This document shows, piece after piece, positions 23,540 to 34,916 of a stretch of DNA of 64,000 bases (position 1 is its first letter; each line of letters starts with the position of its first letter). This DNA is from Ginglymostoma cirratum. Its lineage: Eukaryota. The stretch is from contig JAHRHZ010000085.1 of NCBI GenBank assembly GCA_024137785.1, forward strand, positions 12,621,210 to 12,685,209, given 5' to 3'. The notes under the pieces are model-generated. The model was not told the DNA's origin, did no database searches, and saw only the letters and a program-made list of their open reading frames with translations. Position numbers and translations under genes: made by a program.

Positions 23540-25483
23540 CATGAGATCTGAAGTGAAGATTTTGGCTGATGATTACAGTGTTCAAGACCATTTGTAATGA
23601 TTAATTCTGATCCAGTCCTTGTCCAAAATGACAAGACATGGACAATGCCCAGGTAAGGGCTGGAATGTGACAAGTAATATTAATGCTACATAAATGCTAG
23701 GCAATGACCATCTCCAATAAAAGGAAATCTAACAATCAGCCTTGCATTATCATAACTGAATTCCCCACTACCAACAGGAAATTGGACCTGCCATGTAAAT
23801 ACAGTGGCTACAAGAACGGGTCTTGGAATACTTGGAAGTGTATGGTAAAATATGGCAAAGTCAGCATGGTTTCATCAAGGGGAGGTCATGCCTGACAAAT
23901 TTGCTAGAATTCTTTGAGGAAGTAACAAGCAGGGTAGACCAAGGAGAGCCAATGGATGTTATCTACCTAGACTTCAAGAAGGCCTTTGATAAGGTGCCAC
24001 ACGGGAGGCTGCTGAGTAAGGTAAGGACCCACGTGGATAGAAGATTGGCTGTCTGGCAGAAAGCAGAGTGTGGCGATAAAGGGGTCTTTCTCAGGATGGC
24101 GGCCGTTGATAAGTGGTTTTCCCCAAGGATCAGTGCTGGGACCACAACTTTTCACTTTGTTCACTAATGATCTAGATGAAGAAACTGTGGCCATTCTGGC
24201 TAAGTTTGCAGATGATACAAAGATAGGTGGAGGGGCTGGTAGTACTGAGGTGGTGGCGAGGCTGCAGGGGGATTTGGATAGGTTGGGAGAGTGGGCAAAG
24301 AAGTGGCTGATGGAGTACAACGTGGGAAAGTGTGAGGTCATGCACTTTGGTAAGAAGAATAAAAGCATGGACTATTTTCTAAATGGGGATAAAATTCAGA
24401 AGTCTGAAGTGCAAAGAGACTTGGGAGTTCTAATCCAGAATTCTGTCAAGGTAAACTTGCAGGTTGAGTCAGTAGTCAGGAAGGCAAATGCAATGTTGGC
24501 ATTTATTTTGAGAGGACTTTATATATAAAAGTAGGGATGTACAACTGAGGCTTTATAAGGCTCTGGTCAGGCCACATTTGGAGTATTATGTGCAGTTTTG
24601 GACCCCATATCTCAGGAAGGATGTACTGGCCCTGGAACAGGTTCTGAGGAGGTTCACGAGAATGGTCCCAGGAATGGAAAGCTTAATATGAGGAGGGTTT
24701 GAGGAGTCTGAGACTATACTCGTTGGCGGTTAGAAGAATGAGGGGGTATGTAACTGAAACTTACAGAATACTGAATGGTCTGGACAAGCCTGGTCATGCT
24801 TGGTTTTGACAAGGAATCATGACCATGAAATTTCAGTCCTACTTTTTGTCTTCAGATAATTCCTAATATGAGCATTCGTGAAATTATTTATTTTTTTCTA
24901 TTAATCTCCATTGGTAGCAGAGTTTAGGACCTGAGAGCATAGCCTTAAACTAAAGGGAAGACCTTCTAGAACAGAGATAAGGAGAAACTTCTTCAGCCAG
25001 AGAGTGGTGAATCTATGGAATTCACTGCCACAGAATGCTGTGGAGGCCAGGTCATTGAGTACATTTAAGACTGAGATAGATAGGTTTTTGATTATCAAGG
25101 GTAATGGGGAGAAAGCAGGAGAATGGGGTTGAAGAACTTATCAGCCATGATTGAATGGCGGAGCAGACCCGATGGGCCGAATGGCCTAATTTCTGCCCTT
25201 GTGTCTTATGGTCTTATGGGTCAGAGGCTAGGATTATTGCAGTGAGTGACTTAACTGCTGACTCCCCAAAGCCTGTCCACATCTCTCTACAAGGCACAAG
25301 TCAGGAGTATAACTCCCCACTTGCCTGAAAGTGTGCAGTTTTAATAACACTGAAGAAGCTTGACATCATCCAGATCAAAACAGCCCACTTGACTGGCACC
25401 ACATCCACAAACAGCCCCTTCCTACACCACCGACACTTAGTAGCAGCAGTGTGGATTGCCTACAAGATGCACTGCAGAAATTC
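23540..25483 (+). mobile_element. L2-like LINE fragment (23540-23822 and 25218-25483) split by a CR1 insertion
   Basis: The host reads continuously across the insertion (GGCTACAAGAACGGGTC | AGAGGCTAGG) and is collinear with 57800-58250. Confidence 0.8.
23823..25217 (+). mobile_element. CR1 LINE, 5'-truncated, same subfamily as 19518-22171, TSD GGGTC
   Basis: ORFs 23823..24167 and 24070..24528 (QHGF, YLDFKKAFDKV, KFADDTKIG), tail TCTTATGGTCTTAT. GGGTC at 23818-23822 and 25218-25222. Confidence 0.93.
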
Positions 25484-25796
25484 AAGTTAAACTGTTAACC
25501 TGACCTCAGTATAGGGAAAATGAGAAACCGTTCAGGTTTTAATCCTGAACTTGTCACCTAAAACACATACTTCCTGTCACAAGGCAGAAAATGTTGGCAG
25601 TTTTGCTAGTTTATTAATCTTAAAAATACCCCTTCAGTTTGTGCAGTAAGTGAAGGTGTGTGAATGTTGTTCAAGCTGGTTTATTTGGAAAAGCAACCAT
25701 AAGCTGGATTCCAGTTGTCATCAGGTTACCTGAAAGTCAATCTGAGTAACGCTGTTATGAGAAGGGTGAGGAATGCACTATTAAAACTGTTCTTTG

Positions 25797-26000
25797 CATA
25801 TCAGTTAGCTGGACTGTGACTGTTTGTGATACAGTGTGACACCAAAAGTGTTAGTTCTATTCCTATGCTGATTGAGATTACCGTGAAGGTTCCACCTTCT
25901 TGCCCTCATCTCTCTCCTGACGTGTTGTGACCTTCTGGTTAAACTGAAATGAGAGAGCAGCCTTGTGATCCGTTGGAACTATTGCAACTTTACCTTTTAC
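25797..26000 (+). mobile_element. tRNA-derived SINE (family 4)
   Basis: Homologous to the reverse complement of 60830-61042 (TCAGTTAGCT head, CATGAAGGT core, GTGACCCTCAGGTTAAA). Confidence 0.6.
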
Positions 26001-28176
26001 CTCGTTGTATTCACCTTTTCTTGGCTGACTTCAGATTTTAAAATGCTTTAACAAATCATTAGAAACGTACTGTACATTGTAGATTTTTAATCCCATTTTA
26101 CTATGGAAATAATGAACATTAATGGCTAAATGCATTATTAGTGATGCAATGGGACCATATATCCTATATTTTTTCAGTTCATCGTTTTTTCATTTTGACT
26201 TGTCTGCTTTTCGTAACTTTTGCAAAAGCTTTGATTTAACGCTGAGATGAGGTTTGGTGGATACCCTTCAGCCCCATGACTGAGTTGGCATCATGTCAGG
26301 TGACTGTTAGCTGATTGTGTTTCCCTTAACTAAGTGAGATGCTGAGAGCGCCAATTGGATTGTTTTTCAGAGAAGCCATTTATTTTGTATATGAATACAA
26401 TTTCCCTTTTTCTCCTCCATATAACTTCATAAGACGTGTTCCCAGGCTTAGTTATTTTTTCTCTCCCCAACTTGGCTGCTGGTTAACATGTAATCGTTTC
26501 CATGTAATGCCAACCTCAGATATCTTGTCTGTAGGATTAAGTCATGTAGTGCCAATCTAACTGTGGTGGTTTTAACTGTCTTCCCATCTTCCCAGAGAAG
26601 TTTGACTCTGCTACAGAGAAGAACTGTATTCATTCTTATATTGAAACTGCCAGAAATATTCACTGAGCCAGTCCATTTACCTGTCCCTTGCAGCTGGTTA
26701 CGGTAGCACAGGTACATCTGCATAGCAGGAAGGGATGGGTTTTTTTCTTGGCTCCTGTTTACATATACTTCATGAAGATTTGAATAAAGTTTGCTCATAT
26801 GTCATTATGTTATATGTCATATTTACAACAAATTGTAAATTTAGCTGACAGGTTTTGATACTGAATTTATTGTTGTGTGTCATGCTTGGTTTTGACAACG
26901 AATCATGACCATGAAATTTTAATCCTACTTTTTGCCTTCAGATATTTCCTAAGATGATCACTAGTAACATTTTTTGGTTTTTCTATTAATTGGTGGCCCA
27001 TATCTTGCAATAATTCTTGCAGGGAATAATGTCTTTGAATTTGTGGTGAACACTTTTATCTAGTGAGTAGGGTGTCATGCTGCTTGAATCAAAAATCTTG
27101 AAGTTTGTCTGTAAAATAGTTTGTAATTTCATATCTCTGGATCTTGAAAGACCAAACCTGCAACACTGATTCCTTTAATGTTCCTTTCTGACAATAGGGT
27201 TAGAGTTAATTTGAGTGAATTGAACAAACTACTGCTTCGTCTGTTGTGCTACTATGCATTGATACAGCTGAAGGCCACGTTCTTGAAATTAGTCTCTTAT
27301 CAGAATTTCCTGTTGGCTACATTTCCAGTACTTTGTGTAAAAGAATGACCTGTGCTTTGCATATTTACTTTAGTGCTTCAAAATGAACTTGTGCTTTTGA
27401 CTATATTGAGTGTGTAATATTAATCTGGATGAATCATCAACCTCTATGCATTAGGTTTAAAATGCTTATCAGAGTGGATGAATGATTGTTTCAGTTGTCA
27501 TTTCCTGTTAAAAATATGAAGTGACCACAGCGTTCCAAAAAGACTCTGCCTTGTGTATCACTACAAACATAATATGGTGATGCTGTGTATAATAGACTGC
27601 AGCCAACACTATGCAACAGTGAATCAGTTAATAATTGATTATTATTAGTTTTTCAGTTTTCCATTGTGCCATGCATTTAGTGCCACACAATGCTGTACTA
27701 ATGCATTGTGGTATGTGGTAAATAGGTTTGTAAAACTGCATAGAGAATATCTAATTGACCTGTCTCCTTGTCCAGCTATGCATTCTGAACAGGAAACTAA
27801 AGAGCTGAATTACCAACGGTAAACTAGCACTCGTGTTGACGCAGTTCTGCCCTCTGCTATCTGATGATTCATCTTATTCGTTCAACCTGACAGCCTCTAG
27901 GAATGATAAACATCCATCTTTTAGTGAAATTGTAGAAAAGTCTGATTCCTATCTGACCACAGAATAATCTGGCAATGTACTAATCCTTGAAGTAATGAAC
28001 TGCAAGCTGACAGCAAAATGTGCAAAACTGGGAAATCTCTCCAACAGCAAAGCAGCTGTGTGATGAGCAGAATCCATTTCTTCTGCATCCTTCTTTCTTT
28101 TTCCCGAGCATGCTTCTGGAAATTTTCACGTCACCATATACCCCTACCCTCAATAATATTGAAAGTGATTGAATTA

Positions 28177-29022
28177 CAGTTTGCTGATGACATCAGCGTG
28201 GCAGGCCAGATATCAAACAACAATGAGTCAGAATACAGGAAGGACATAGAGTGCTTGGTGTCGTGGTGCAATGATAACAACCTCTCTCTCCATGTTGGCA
28301 AAACAAAAGAACTGATCATTAACTTCAGGAAAGAAGGAGGAGGGCACACCCCTATCAACAGAACTGAGCTGGAGAGTGTCGAGAGCGTCAGGTTCCAAGG
28401 AGTGATGATAACCAACAATCTGTCCTGGACCTCCCACGTAGATGCGACGGTCAAGAAAGCACAACAACACCTCTTCTTCCTCAGACGGCTTAGGAAATTC
28501 ACCACATCTAGAAGGACCCTCACCAACTTTTACAGATGCATCATAGAATGCATTCTATCTGGGTGCATAAAAGCTTGGTACAGCAAGTGCTGTGCCCAGG
28601 ACGGTAAGAAACTACAGAATGTTGTGTGCACAGCCCAGACCATCATGGAAGCCAAACTCCCGTCCATGGACTCCATTTATACTACTTGCTACCGGAAGAG
28701 GCTGCCAACATCATAAAGACCCCTCCAGTCCCTGTAATGCTCTCTTCCAATGACTTCTTATCAGGCAGAAGATACCAAAGCAGGAACACACACACCAACT
28801 GGTTCAAGAACAGCTTCTTTCCTGCTGTTATTAGACTGCTGAATGCACCTCTCTAACTTCAAATAATGTTAATCTTGCTATGTGCAGCCATAACCTTGTA
28901 TACCTCACTTTGTCTAAGCACCCTGCGATCTGTATGTCCTTGTTTGCTTTTGTCTGCCTGTATTGCTCTCAAAACAACATTTCACTGTACTTAGGGACAT
29001 GTGACTACAATAAATCAAATCA
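28177..29022 (+). mobile_element. Rex1/Babar-type LINE 3' part
   Basis: ORF 28018..28716 contains FADDISVAG...NNLSLHVGKTKELIINFRK...KKAQQHLFFLRRLRKF. Tail AATAAATCAAATCA. Confidence 0.8.
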
Positions 29023-29084
29023 GTCAGAAACCTCCAGTCTCATTAAGCTTCTATCCGCACCTTCACCACCCAACCCTATCATTG

Positions 29085-29250
29085 ATTAAATTTAAGGAGA
29101 AGATATACAGATTTTTAAGTTAGTAATGCATCGACGGGTCATGCAGAGTGGGCAGCAAGGTGGAGTTGAGACTGAGGTGAGATCAGTCATGACCTTATCA
29201 AGTGATGGAGCAAGCTCGAGGGGCTGAATTGCCTTCTCCTACTCCTATTG
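29085..29250 (+). mobile_element. CR1 3' tail fragment
   Basis: GATCAGTCATGACCTTATC...GAGGGGCTGAATTGCCTTCTCCTACTCCTA. Confidence 0.65.
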
Positions 29251-29419
29251 CTCTTCACTTCAAATAGTTTGACTTGTTTCATCAGTGAAAGCAGATGCAG
29301 AGTTAAGGTTATGCTGTTGACTTTACTTCATGTTCTTAGCATGTTTCTCTTACCAAGTAATTCCAGTTCATCTGACATGTATCGAGACAATGGCTGATCA
29401 TAGTATTAGCACTTCTTTA

Positions 29420-31795
29420 TTATTCATTTGTGAAATATATTTGTCGCTCGCTGGCCACCACTTATTGCTCCCCCCACCCACATTTGCCCTTGAGAAGATG
29501 GTGGTAAGTTGTCTTCTTGAACTGCTGTGGGTTGATCCAAAATGCCATTAGGGAGGGAATTCTGTGAGTTTGACCCAGCGACCGTGAAGGAACGGCAATA
29601 TATTTCCAAGTCAGGATGGTGAGTTGCTCGGAGGGGAACTTGGAGGTGGTAGTGTTCCCACGTATCTGCTGCCCATGTCCTTCTAGATGGAAGTGGCCAT
29701 GGGTTAGGAAGGTGCTGTCTAATAACCTTTAGTGAATTTCTGCAGTGCATCCTGTAGATAGTACACACTGCTGCTACTGAGTGTCGGTGTTGGAGTGAGT
29801 GGATGCTTGTGGGTGTAGTGCCAATCAAGTGGGCTGCTTTGTCCTGGATGGTGTCAATCTTGAGTGTTGTTGGAGCTGCAGAGATCCAGGCAAATGGGGA
29901 GTATTTCATCACACTCCTGACTTGTGCCTTTTAGATGGTGGACAAGCTTTCGGGAGTCTGCTTAGTAAGTTTACAGATGACACTAAGATTGGTGGAGTTG
30001 CTAATAGTGCTGATGATTGTGAAAGGATACAACAGGCTACGGATAGATTGGAGTCTTGGGCACAGAAATGGCAGGTGGAATTTAATCCAGACAAATGTGA
30101 GGTGATGCATTTTGGAAGATCAAATTTAGGTGTGAATTACACTGTTAATGACAGAACTCTTAGGAACATTAACATACAGACTGATCTGGGCGTGCAGGTC
30201 CACAGTTCTAAAAGTGGCAAAACAGGTGGCTAAAGTGATTAAGTAGGCATATGGCATGCTTGCTTTCATTGGCTACAGTGTGGAGTACGAGAATTGGCAA
30301 ACCATGTTGCAGCTATGTAAAACCCTTGTTAGGCCACATTTTGAGTGTTGTGTGCAGTTTTGATCACCACATTACCAGAAGGATGTGGAAGCTTTGGAAG
30401 AATGCGGAGAAGGTTCACCAGGATGTTGCCTGGTCTTGAGGGTGTTGGCTATGAGAAAAGGTTAAAAAGACTAGGATTTTTTTCACTGGAAAGACGGTAG
30501 TTCAGAGGATACCTGATAGATGTCTCCAGAATTATGACATGTATAGCTAGGATGAATAATCAGAGGCTTTTTCCCAAGGTTGAAGTTTCAATTACAAGGC
30601 AGCACAGGTTCAAGGTGAGAGAGCAAAAGTTTAAGGGAAATATGCAAGGAGAGTGGTAGGAGCCTGGAATGCATTGCTAGAGAAGGTGGTGGAAGCAGGC
30701 ACGTTGGCGATATTTAAGATGCATTTGGATGGTTACGTGAATAGGGAGGGAGTAGAGGAATTTGGACGGAATAAGGGCAGAGGTTTTTTTTCAGTTGAGT
30801 CAGGGTATGATGATCAGCATAGGTTTGGAGGGTCGAAGGGCCTGTTCCTGTGCCATACTTCTCTTTTGTTCTTTATTCTTTTGAGTCAGGGGGTGAGTTA
30901 CTTGTCGCAGTATTCCTAGCTCTGACCTGCTCTTGTAGCTACTGTGTTTATGTGGTGAATCCAGTTGAGTTTCTGATCAGTGATAACCCCCAGGATGTTG
31001 ATTGTGGAGATTCAGAGATGGTAATACTGTTGAATGTCAAGGGGTGGTGGTTAGATTGTCTCTTATTGGTGATGGTCATAGCTGACATTTGCATGGTGTG
31101 AATGTTACTTGCTACTTGTCAGCCCAAGCCTGAATATTGTCCAGATCTGATTGCATATGAACATGGACTGCTTCAGTATCTGAGGAGTTGCGAATGGTGC
31201 TGAACATTGTGCAATCTTAGAACAACCCACCTCTGAGCTTCTGATAGAAGGTCATTGACGAAGCAGCTGAAGATGGTTGGGCCTTGAATACTACCCTGAG
31301 GAACTGCTGCACAAATATCCTGGAACTGAGATGACTGACCTCCAACAACTACATTATCTTCCTACATGTCAGGCATGATTTCAACCAGTGGAGAGTTTGC
31401 TCCCTGATACCCATTGATTCCAGTTTAGCTAGGGCTCCTTGATTCCGCATTTGGTTGAATGCAGCTTTGATGTCAAGGGCTGTCCATCTTACCTCACGTC
31501 TAGAATTCAGCTGTTTTGTCCATGTTTGAACTAAGGCTGTAATGAGGTCAAGAGCTGAGTGGTGGAGCTCAAACTGGGTGTCACTGAGCAGGTGCTGCTT
31601 GATAGCAGTATTGATGACACCTTTCATTACTTTGATTGATAGAGTGATGGGCAGTAATTGGCTGGGTTGGATTTATTCTGCTTTTTATATACAGGGTATA
31701 CCTCAGCAATTTTCCACATTGTCGGGTAGATGCCAGTGTTGTAACTACATTGGAATAGCTTGGCTCGGGGAACGGCACGTTCTGGAGCACAAGCA
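29420..31795 (-). mobile_element. L2-like LINE (29420-29958 and 30883-31795) split by a CR1 insertion
   Basis: ORFs give WKIAEVYPVYKKQNKSNPANY, ALDIKAAFN and YSPFAWISAAPTTL. 3' tail shared with SINE family 2. Confidence 0.85.
29959..30882 (+). mobile_element. CR1 LINE 3' part, TSD GAGTC
   Basis: KFTDDTKIGG...WQVEFNPDKCEVMHFGRSN. GAGTC at 29954-29958 and 30883-30887. Confidence 0.9.
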
Positions 31796-33676
31796 CTGAA
31801 ACTCAGCATTAGGGATTCAATCAGCACTAAGTATCTCAAAAGTGATCCAAAGACTGTGTATCAGAAGAGATAGAGATTCAGTTCTATTGAGAATGACTGG
31901 AACAGTAGCTGATCACTAAAGCTAGGTGAAGGGTTGGTCTTACTTTTGACTTGATTTCTATTACAAGGGTAACTCCAAAAGATTGTGTTGGACTCTGTAT
32001 CTGTATAGATTCGTAGTTGGTGCAGTAATAGAAGGAATTTAATTACGTGCATTTTTTTCCTTTTTGGCTGTTGGATGTCCAAATTTTGACTACAGATGGA
32101 ATGAAGTTCTTTCAAACTGGACACTGAATGCTAATCTTTCCTTTGATTAAATCAGCAGGCCAACAGCTCCTGCTTACAGTTGACATTTAACAATCTCTTT
32201 AAAAGCTGAAAGACACTCGGTCCAAGTAAATAATTTCATGGTCCATTTTTGTATCATGTATTTAGCATGGCAGTAGCCTATTAATCAGCCCCCATTCTAT
32301 AAAAGCCTTTAACCAAAAGAAAAATCCTTCTTTCATATAAACTGAGATCTCAGCAGCTGGAGGCCAGATGTATTTCTCAATTGCAGCAAACTCATTCCTG
32401 TTGCCCACTGTATGTTTGGATGTGGAGGGGCATGTTTTGAGAATGCCCGTTCTATATAGTTTCAATGTTCTGCATTAAGTGCAAATTGTGTTCAGAAGTG
32501 CGCACGTTTTGAATTTTTAAAATCAAGTTTCTGCTCAAAACTCATGCATATCATTTAGCCTGATTATCCAATAATGTTAATTCAAGGTAGATTATGTTTA
32601 GAACGTAATTTCACTTTTAAAAATTACATTCAAAATACTCCTTGATACATTTTTGTAATTTTAGTGCAAGTTTTATTGTTATAGTCTAAACTAAAGTTGT
32701 CTCAAAAAAGAGTTTTCTTGCAGTTCAACAATCAATCAGCAATTAGTTACCAGCCAAATAAGAAGACGCGAATATGTCAGTTGTGTGGTAACAGAACGGA
32801 TGTTTGGTTTGACAGCACATCCTGTTGGTAAAAAAATGCCATTCTGGTAGCATCGTTATGTAAGAACTTCATTGCCAGTGTGATCTTGGATATGAACGCT
32901 GAATATCCCCACAATTGGCCAATGTGAATCGAGCGACGTGTTCTTTCCATTGTTGTTAATAGGCAAACTGTAGACTATATTGAAATAGTCATACTTGCAA
33001 ACGAGATCTACTGTTTGATACGATTCCTTGATCCGCCTTTATGTAGACACCCCTGAGTACACTAACAGCTACACAAGCAGCCAATTTAACATAATCAATT
33101 AAGTTCATAACGTTGCTCATTTACACTTACAAGAAGTGACATACCTTAATGCCCAAGTGTCCATTCTCTGCAAACTAAATATGTTGAAGCATTGTACGTT
33201 TCTTGATTTGCCTGGGAACTTGGGAGAGCCTGCGGATACCCATTGCTTTTTCGATGGCAATGCTTTGGTCAGTCAGCACTTGGCAAGCAATCAGCACCTC
33301 TTTTCTGCTGCAGCAGAAAAGATAATGATGAAAATTTGTGTTCCCGTGTTTGTTTGGACGAGAAAAGGTTGGCAATATGTCGCTGTTTTCAGCCATGTTC
33401 TTTGTCATAAGCATTCCAAATTTGTGACATTTGGGTTTTATTCCTTGCATAATTGTTCAGATAATTGCAGAACAATTTGTGAGAACTATTCTAGTTTGTT
33501 AATTTAAGCAGCAAAGGTAGAACAACTTGAAAAATCTGATTTCTGACCCAACCGTTTCTCCCAAGACTCAGAGACACAGTTTGCAATTATTAATGAATGT
33601 GCAGCCCACATGTTTAAAAACATCTAATTAACTAGTATATTTAGCAACTGCTGATGATTTCTATCTTCTCTTACAG

Positions 33677-33709
33677 GTAGATGATGAAATTTCTTCTGAC
33701 TGTAACCAT
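33677..33709 (+). CDS. GLG1: GLG1 internal coding micro-exon (exon 2 equivalent), 33 nt, VDDEISSDCNH
   Basis: Pyrimidine tract ending cttctcttacAG, donor GTGAGT at 33710. Peptide matches recalled vertebrate GLG1 (PENEISSDCNH) and joins in frame to the next exon. Confidence 0.9.
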
Positions 33710-34502
33710 GTGAGTAAACAATTTCTTTTCAATAACTTGCTCATATATGCATCTAAACTTATGTCTGATTCTGTTGATTTAAGATTACCATATTTTTGAC
33801 TTTGTCATTCAATTGTTTAACCCTTCCAGTTCTGTTCGAAGATAATGGAATTCATTGTCGTAACATTTTTATGTTTATGTCCATGCAGGAGGCTTGTTGG
33901 TAAAAGCAGTTTAAAGCTGAGTCATTCAGGCTGGCAGATTTTGGATTCATTTTGCAGTCTGCCATTTAAGATGATCTCAGCCTGTGGGATGGTACAAGCA
34001 GACTTCATACCTGGATCAGAGAGAAAATGACTTTTTTGAGTTCTTGGTTGTGTAGTTTTGTAAATTGGAAAGTCCCTCATACCAAGTTTGGGTTTTCATT
34101 AAATGTTATTTATATTTTCGAGCAATATCAACACAGCTCGAATTTTTTTTTTGAGACAGGAGGAAATTGAGAAATTAGACTATTAGTTGTGCTGGAGTCA
34201 TTGAGTTGCCTGATACTGACCTCTAAGATGGAGTGAATGAGTGATGCTTATCTGGTTGTTTGTCATGTGCCATAGAATTGATGTGTCCTTGAGTATAAGA
34301 TTTGCTTCCTGGTTGGGGCACTGATAATACAGTTGACATTTTCTGTTCATAATAGATATTTGCTATTATACGTTACTTGTTTTAATTACTGTGCAGGTGC
34401 CACAAGATAACACAGGACAGATATTTGGCTACATGATAGCAGTACTTTTAATGAAAAGTATATATAGTATAGATCTTTAATTCAATTCAATTTCCCTTTC
34501 AG

Positions 34503-34589
34503 CTATTGTGGAATTACAAATTTAACCTAACTACAGATCCTAAATTTGAAGCTGCAGCAGGGGAAGTTTGCAAAATCACCCTGGGTGAA
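34503..34589 (+). CDS. GLG1: GLG1 coding exon (exon 3 equivalent), 87 nt, LLWNYKFNLTTDPKFEAAAGEVCKITLGE
   Basis: Acceptor tttccctttcAG, donor GTAAGT at 34590. Matches recalled GLG1 LLWNYKLNLTTDPKFE. Phase 0-0. Confidence 0.95.
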
Positions 34590-34916
34590 GTAAGTAAATG
34601 GCATGAATATACAGTAGCCAATCTTCAAAGTACAATGTATGATTGATTGGAAAGAAAAGTGGTAAATTGAGCTTGGCAATATTTTAATATTGTGTAAGTA
34701 AGGTACTTCTTGAACTTAACTTTCAGGATCAATCCTCTGCCTGATATCCTTGAGTTTTTTTTCTTTGGGTTCAAATGAATTTAGAGCAGCTGTATTAAAA
34801 TTGAGTTTGCAGTGTTCCTGAATATCAGCTATTCTTAATTTTATAGATCAATGAAAACAACTAATCTAGTCAGTTCTAATCTAAGGAAGCACGATCTCAG
34901 TGAGTTCTACTATCTA

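Noticed and set aside
28018-28716. 232-aa ORF as a novel nested gene
   Set aside because: Chance read-through from flanking DNA into a Rex/Babar RT C-terminus. No splice or promoter evidence.
33680-33700. C/D box-like GATGATGA...CTGA
   Set aside because: Lies within coding exon 2, and the spacing is far too short for a snoRNA.
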